The notes beneath the pieces are model-generated. The model worked only from the letters and a program-made list of their open reading frames with translations, was not told the DNA's origin and made no database searches. 64,000 nt of DNA from Podarcis pityusensis (Eukaryota). Of the stretch, positions 59,701 to 64,000 are shown piece after piece. The stretch's first letter is position 1. Each line of letters opens with the position of its first letter. Location of the stretch: the NCBI GenBank assembly GCA_964106645.2, contig OZ067042.1. One strand, 5' to 3'. Both the position numbers and the translations under genes were made by a program.

Positions 59701-59932
59701 TTTGAAGACTTTAGTGATTTTTAAAGCTTTCCCAAAACTTCTTTTGCAGCCATTTGAGGATTTTGAAGACTTTGGTTATTTGCAGCCATTTCGTAAGTTA
59801 AACTTTTAAAACTTTTTTGGGGGTTTTTGGATTTTGGGTTGGGTGTTTGGAATTCAAGGACTTGGTTCTGGGTTTGAATTGCTGGTTTTTTTTTTCTTTT
59901 TCTGAGTTTACAAAGGTAACAGCTGTGCTGCC

Positions 59933-61636
59933 ATGGGACCCAAGAAGACTGCTGCTGCTGCGGAGGCCGGCGAGAGGAAGAAGGAGAAGGTGACGCTGGA
60001 GATGAAGAAGGAGATCATCCGGAAGCACGACGGTGGAATGCGTGTGACGGACCTCGCCAGGGAGTACGGCAGGAACCCATCGACCATCGGGACCATCCTG
60101 AAGATGAGGGAGAAGATCCTTGCGACTGATGCAGCCAAGGGAGTCACCAGGATCGTGAAGAACCGCCCAGCTGTTCTGGAGGAGGTCGAGAAGTTGCTGC
60201 TCATCTGGTTAGAAGAGAAGCAGCGTGCAGGGGACACAGTGACTGAGGCCGTCATTTGTGAGAAGGCCAAGGCCTTGCACGCAGACCTCATCCGGGAACA
60301 GCCAGGAACCTCGGCCAAGCCAGAAGTCTTCAAGGCAAGCAGAGGCTGGTTTGACCGGTTCAAGGCAAGATCTGGAATCCACAGCGTGGTCAGGCATGGA
60401 GAGGCTGCCAGTTCTGATGTTCCTGCGGCTGAAGACTTTGCCTTGGAGTTCCTGGAGGTTGTGAAGACGAAGGGCTACGTTCCACAGCAGGTCTTCAACT
60501 GCGACGAGACCGGGCTGTTTTGGAAGAGGATGCCCAAAAGGACTTTCCTCACACAGGAGGAGGCCAAGTTGCCTGGCCACAAGCCCATGAAGGACCGTCT
60601 GACCCTGCTCTTCTGTGCCAACGCAAGCGGCGACCTGAAGATCAAGCCCCTGCTGGTGTACCACTCGGAGAACCCACGGGCCTTCAAGAAACACAAGGTC
60701 GACAAGGAGCGGCTGAGTGTCATGTGGCGATCCAACAGCAAGGCTTGGGTCACACGTGTGCTGTTTGTGGACTGGGTCAATCTTGCTTTTGGCCCTGCTG
60801 TCAAACAGTACCTGCTGGACAACGACCTGCCGCTGAAGGCTTTGCTTCTGATGGACAATGCTCCTGCTCATCCTAAAGGCCTTGAGGTGGACTTGTTGGA
60901 GGAGTTCAGCTTCATCAACATCATGTTCCTGCCGCCTAACACCACGCCACTGCTCCAGCCAATGGATCAGCAGGTCATCGCCAATTTCAAGAAACTCTAC
61001 ACCAAGGAGCTTTTCAGGCGATGCTTCGAGGTGACTGATTGCACCACCATCACCCTGCGGGAATTCTGGAAGGACCACTTCGACATCGTCACCTGCTTGA
61101 AGATGATCACCACGGCCTGGAACGGGATCAGCCAGAGAAATTTGAATTGCGCTTGGCGCAGCCTGTGGCCGGACTGTGTGGCACCAAGTGACTCTGATGC
61201 ACCAGAGTCAACAGTGGTGCAGGACATTGTTGCCTTGGGGAGGACCATGGGCCTGGAGGTCACAGAGGAGGACGTCTGCGAGCTGGTGGAGGAGCACGAC
61301 CACGAGCTGACCACCCAGGAGCTGGTTGAACTGCAGTCAGAGGTTGCGCAGGAGCAGGCCTCGCTGGAAGAGGAGGAAGCAACTGAGGAACGGCCGTCCT
61401 CCAAAGAACTGAGGGACATTTGCCAGAAGTGGAAGGAGGTGCAGGCTTTTGCAGAGCGGCACCACCCTATCAAGCACGTGGCACATGACCAAGCGAACAC
61501 TTTTGATACGACGGTCATGTTGCCTCTCAGGGAGCTGCTGAAAAAGCGGATGAAGCAGCAGACCATGGACAGGTTCCTCAGCAAGAAGCAAAGAGTGGAA
61601 GAGGAACCTTCTTCGAGTGGTCCCCCAGAGTCTTAG
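59933..61636 (+). CDS. Tigger/pogo transposase, 567 aa (CENP-B-type HTH + DDE_1, DD36D)
   Basis: Uninterrupted ORF with GCCATGG Kozak; motifs FKASRGWFDRFK, VFNCDETGLFWK, KDRLTLLFCANASG, LLMDNAPAH, QPMDQQVI; 36 residues between the second and third Asp. Confidence 0.95.
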   Translation: MGPKKTAAAAEAGERKKEKVTLEMKKEIIRKHDGGMRVTDLAREYGRNPSTIGTILKMREKILATDAAKGVTRIVKNRPAVLEEVEKLLLIWLEEKQRAGDTVTEAVICEKAKALHADLIREQPGTSAKPEVFKASRGWFDRFKARSGIHSVVRHGEAASSDVPAAEDFALEFLEVVKTKGYVPQQVFNCDETGLFWKRMPKRTFLTQEEAKLPGHKPMKDRLTLLFCANASGDLKIKPLLVYHSENPRAFKKHKVDKERLSVMWRSNSKAWVTRVLFVDWVNLAFGPAVKQYLLDNDLPLKALLLMDNAPAHPKGLEVDLLEEFSFINIMFLPPNTTPLLQPMDQQVIANFKKLYTKELFRRCFEVTDCTTITLREFWKDHFDIVTCLKMITTAWNGISQRNLNCAWRSLWPDCVAPSDSDAPESTVVQDIVALGRTMGLEVTEEDVCELVEEHDHELTTQELVELQSEVAQEQASLEEEEATEERPSSKELRDICQKWKEVQAFAERHHPIKHVAHDQANTFDTTVMLPLRELLKKRMKQQTMDRFLSKKQRVEEEPSSSGPPES

Positions 61637-62625
61637 AAAATGTAATGTACCCTTTTTTGATTTTTACATGTTTTTCCTGTCATGTTTAGAAACTTAATTT
61701 ATTGTTCCTTCAATTTTTGATATGCTCTTTAAAGTATGTGTGACTTTAAAGAGCAGTTAATAAACTCTTGTTGTACCAAATTTGGCTTTGTTTGGACTTT
61801 TTTTGACCATAGGAACGCATTAATTGAATTTCAATGCATTCCTATGGGAAACCGTGCTTCGCAAGACAAAAAATTCGCTAGACGAAAAAACTCGCGGAAC
61901 GAATTAATTTTGTCTTGCGAGGCACCACTGTACAAAGCTTAATAGAAATGATAAATGGAGATGAGATGAAATGGAATTACAAACAATATAGAATGTATAC
62001 AGAAAAGGGGAAAGAGAAAATTGAATATATGGTAATTCACACAAAATCCAGTAAAATATGACGGAGCGAATGATTAGCAATTGGATATGATTTGCATGCT
62101 TATTAGCAAATGGCAAGCACTGGCAAAGCAATAAAAGGGACTAACATATTCAATAATAATTTTTTAATTAATTTTCAATTTCAATCCAATAATAGCCTCA
62201 TTATAACGATACCAAACTATAATACAATTACAAACACCTATTGTTCAAATACAAAATTATATAATTTAGGTGGCCTCCCATTTGCTAGAATTGATGGTTG
62301 ATTATTTTATTTCTGCGTTCCAAAATCTTACGGATTTCAATTACATTCCAGTCAAAAAAAATTTCCCTTATACAATTGCAATATTCACTCCATAAATAAT
62401 AAAGGATGGGGAAGAATCAGCTCTAAGTCCCCATCGTAAACCTTTTGCAAAATAGAGTTTCCCTCCCTTTTTCCTTTTTTTTTTTTTTTTTACACGCACA
62501 GTTCTGTTTGATGTTATCTTCCATATCTATAATATGGATCAGGCTTGGTTTCTAACTGCCTCTGAGTTCTGACAGAGGAGCATCACCACTCAGGAGGGGC
62601 CAGGTGGGGTTGCCACGGTGACAAG

Positions 62626-63244
62626 TGTGGGAATGTTCAGGGATGCAGGAGAGGATATATTGTCTGATAATACCCTTTCCAACTTGGGTTAACAAGTTTA
62701 CAATTTTAGCAGAGTAACATTCCCCCTTTTAAATTTGCAGCGGATGCATTTGCTCAGGCTCGCTAAAGCCTCTATAATAACTGTTTTGGTATTTCCCCCC
62801 CTATTCCCTCATAAAAGATAAGACACTACACAGTCTTCTACAAAAGTATAAAAAGGTTTACTCACATATCATTCTGTTCACAATCGGATCCCAGAAGGCA
62901 GACTTAGCTTAGAAAAGTAACATACACTTGGAAACTATTCCATAAGAAGACAGTCCCTTTGTCCTCTCTTGGATGGAGCCAAGAGGGCATCTTTGGCTAA
63001 GCAGATGTTGCTTCTTCGATGCATGTAATGAAAGAGAGAGAGATGGCTGCCCTGCCCTGTGCTTTTGTCATTACCTGCACAGGTGAGGCCACACCCACCT
63101 CTAGTCACATGCAGAGGAAGTCTGTCCCAGCCCAGAAGGAAACAGGAAGTTTACCTGCTGGCTGGACAAACATTCCTCCCCATGTGTAAACATGTTCACT
63201 CTAGGAATGTTGTACTTGACTGCTCTTGTGTTTCACATCCCACA
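62626..63244. mobile_element. Solo LTR, 619 bp
   Basis: TGTGGGA...TCCCACA termini; exact 5-bp TSD ACAAG. Confidence 0.85.
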
Positions 63245-64000
63245 ACAAGGACCTGCCTTCCTTTGTGACATCTCTTGCTTTTCCTTTAAAAGCCACTGAC
63301 ATGCAGGCGGCCATTGTGGGTTAGTGAGGAGAGGTCAGAGGAGAGAGGAGGTGGTGGTGGCAGCGGCAGTTGGTGGAGAGTAGGCGGAGGGTTAGTGAAT
63401 AGTTCTTTTTTCGTTTTCTTATTTTGATTTTGATTTCATTTATTACTTTTATTTGATTTGATTTGTTTTTATTTTCTTTTATTATTTTCTTTTAACACTT
63501 TTATTTATTTTATTTTTTGTTCTTTGTTTTAATATTTTTGTTTTTTGTGCACATCTGTGCATATTCTGTATATATTTTGTGTATTTTTTTTACATAGAGT
63601 AGTAGTTAGGGTTAAGTGTAGGGTTAGGGCGGGGTTAGGTATAGACTTAGGGCAGGGGTTGGGGTCAGATTTAGGCTTGGGTGGGCATTTCAGATAGTTA
63701 GTTACTTTAGATAGGTGGGTGGGATCTTTCGTAGACGACATGGGCAGGCTGTAAGTAGCATCCCTTTCTCTTCATTTCCGGGAGGGTGTGTGTGAGTCTG
63801 TTTCCCAGCCAAGTTGTCCTGGCCAAGTCCCCAATCCATGTAGGTTGGATCCACTCTTGTCCTTGAGATGGCTACCTGTCTGGCACTCAGAGACCAGGAG
63901 GGCAGTGATTATCACCCAAGCAGAAGGGTTGCTGTGTACGTGGTCTCATGCATCAGGGATGATGGCTGCCGCTAGCCATGTCCCAAGTGCCTCCTCTGGT

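Larger units (their letters stand above)
58640..61930 (+). mobile_element. Full-length Tigger (pogo superfamily) DNA transposon, 3291 bp
   Basis: TA on both sides; TIRs CAGTGGTGCCCCGCAAGACGAA and CAGTGGTGCCTCGCAAGACAAA (2 mismatches in 22); subterminal CGCAAGACGAA repeats; intact transposase ORF. Confidence 0.96.

Noticed and set aside
59908-61591. Antisense and alternate-frame ORFs in the transposase
   Set aside because: Shadow ORFs expected from GC-ending codon bias.
59933-61636. Domesticated TIGD1-like host gene
   Set aside because: Flanked by TIRs and a TA duplication, so better called a transposon.
63590-63680. Interstitial telomere repeat (TTAGGG-like)
   Set aside because: Few, degenerate units; 63300-64000 may be a repeat but could not be classified.

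Overview
Vertebrate nuclear DNA from a squamate reptile (Sauria SINEs; a lacertid lizard is likely but inferred). Three genes can be reconstructed from GT-AG junctions. (1) The first coding exon of probable SENP2 (- strand, 137-246). (2) Complete TMEM41A (+ strand, 5 exons, 977-9272, 259 aa), head-to-head with SENP2 on one CpG island. (3) Complete MAP3K13/LZK (- strand, 13 coding exons, 33804-17713, 944 aa), convergent with TMEM41A, with two candidate promoters (~42 kb and a CpG island at ~54.5 kb). The rest is introns and intergenic DNA rich in transposons: an intact 3.3-kb DD36D Tigger/pogo element, related MITEs, hAT MITEs, Sauria and tRNA-derived SINEs, CR1/L2/L1 fragments and a solo LTR. 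Highlights: a chain of tiny well-formed exons upstream of MAP3K13 that could encode a microprotein or uORF system; a CAG|GTAAGA site in MAP3K13 intron 12 that is either a recursive splice site or yields a kinase lacking the SDGLSD motif; no room for LIPH between TMEM41A and SENP2; and a MITE inflated by five perfect 50-bp palindromes. Gene names rest on recalled similarity to human proteins; no database searches were run.
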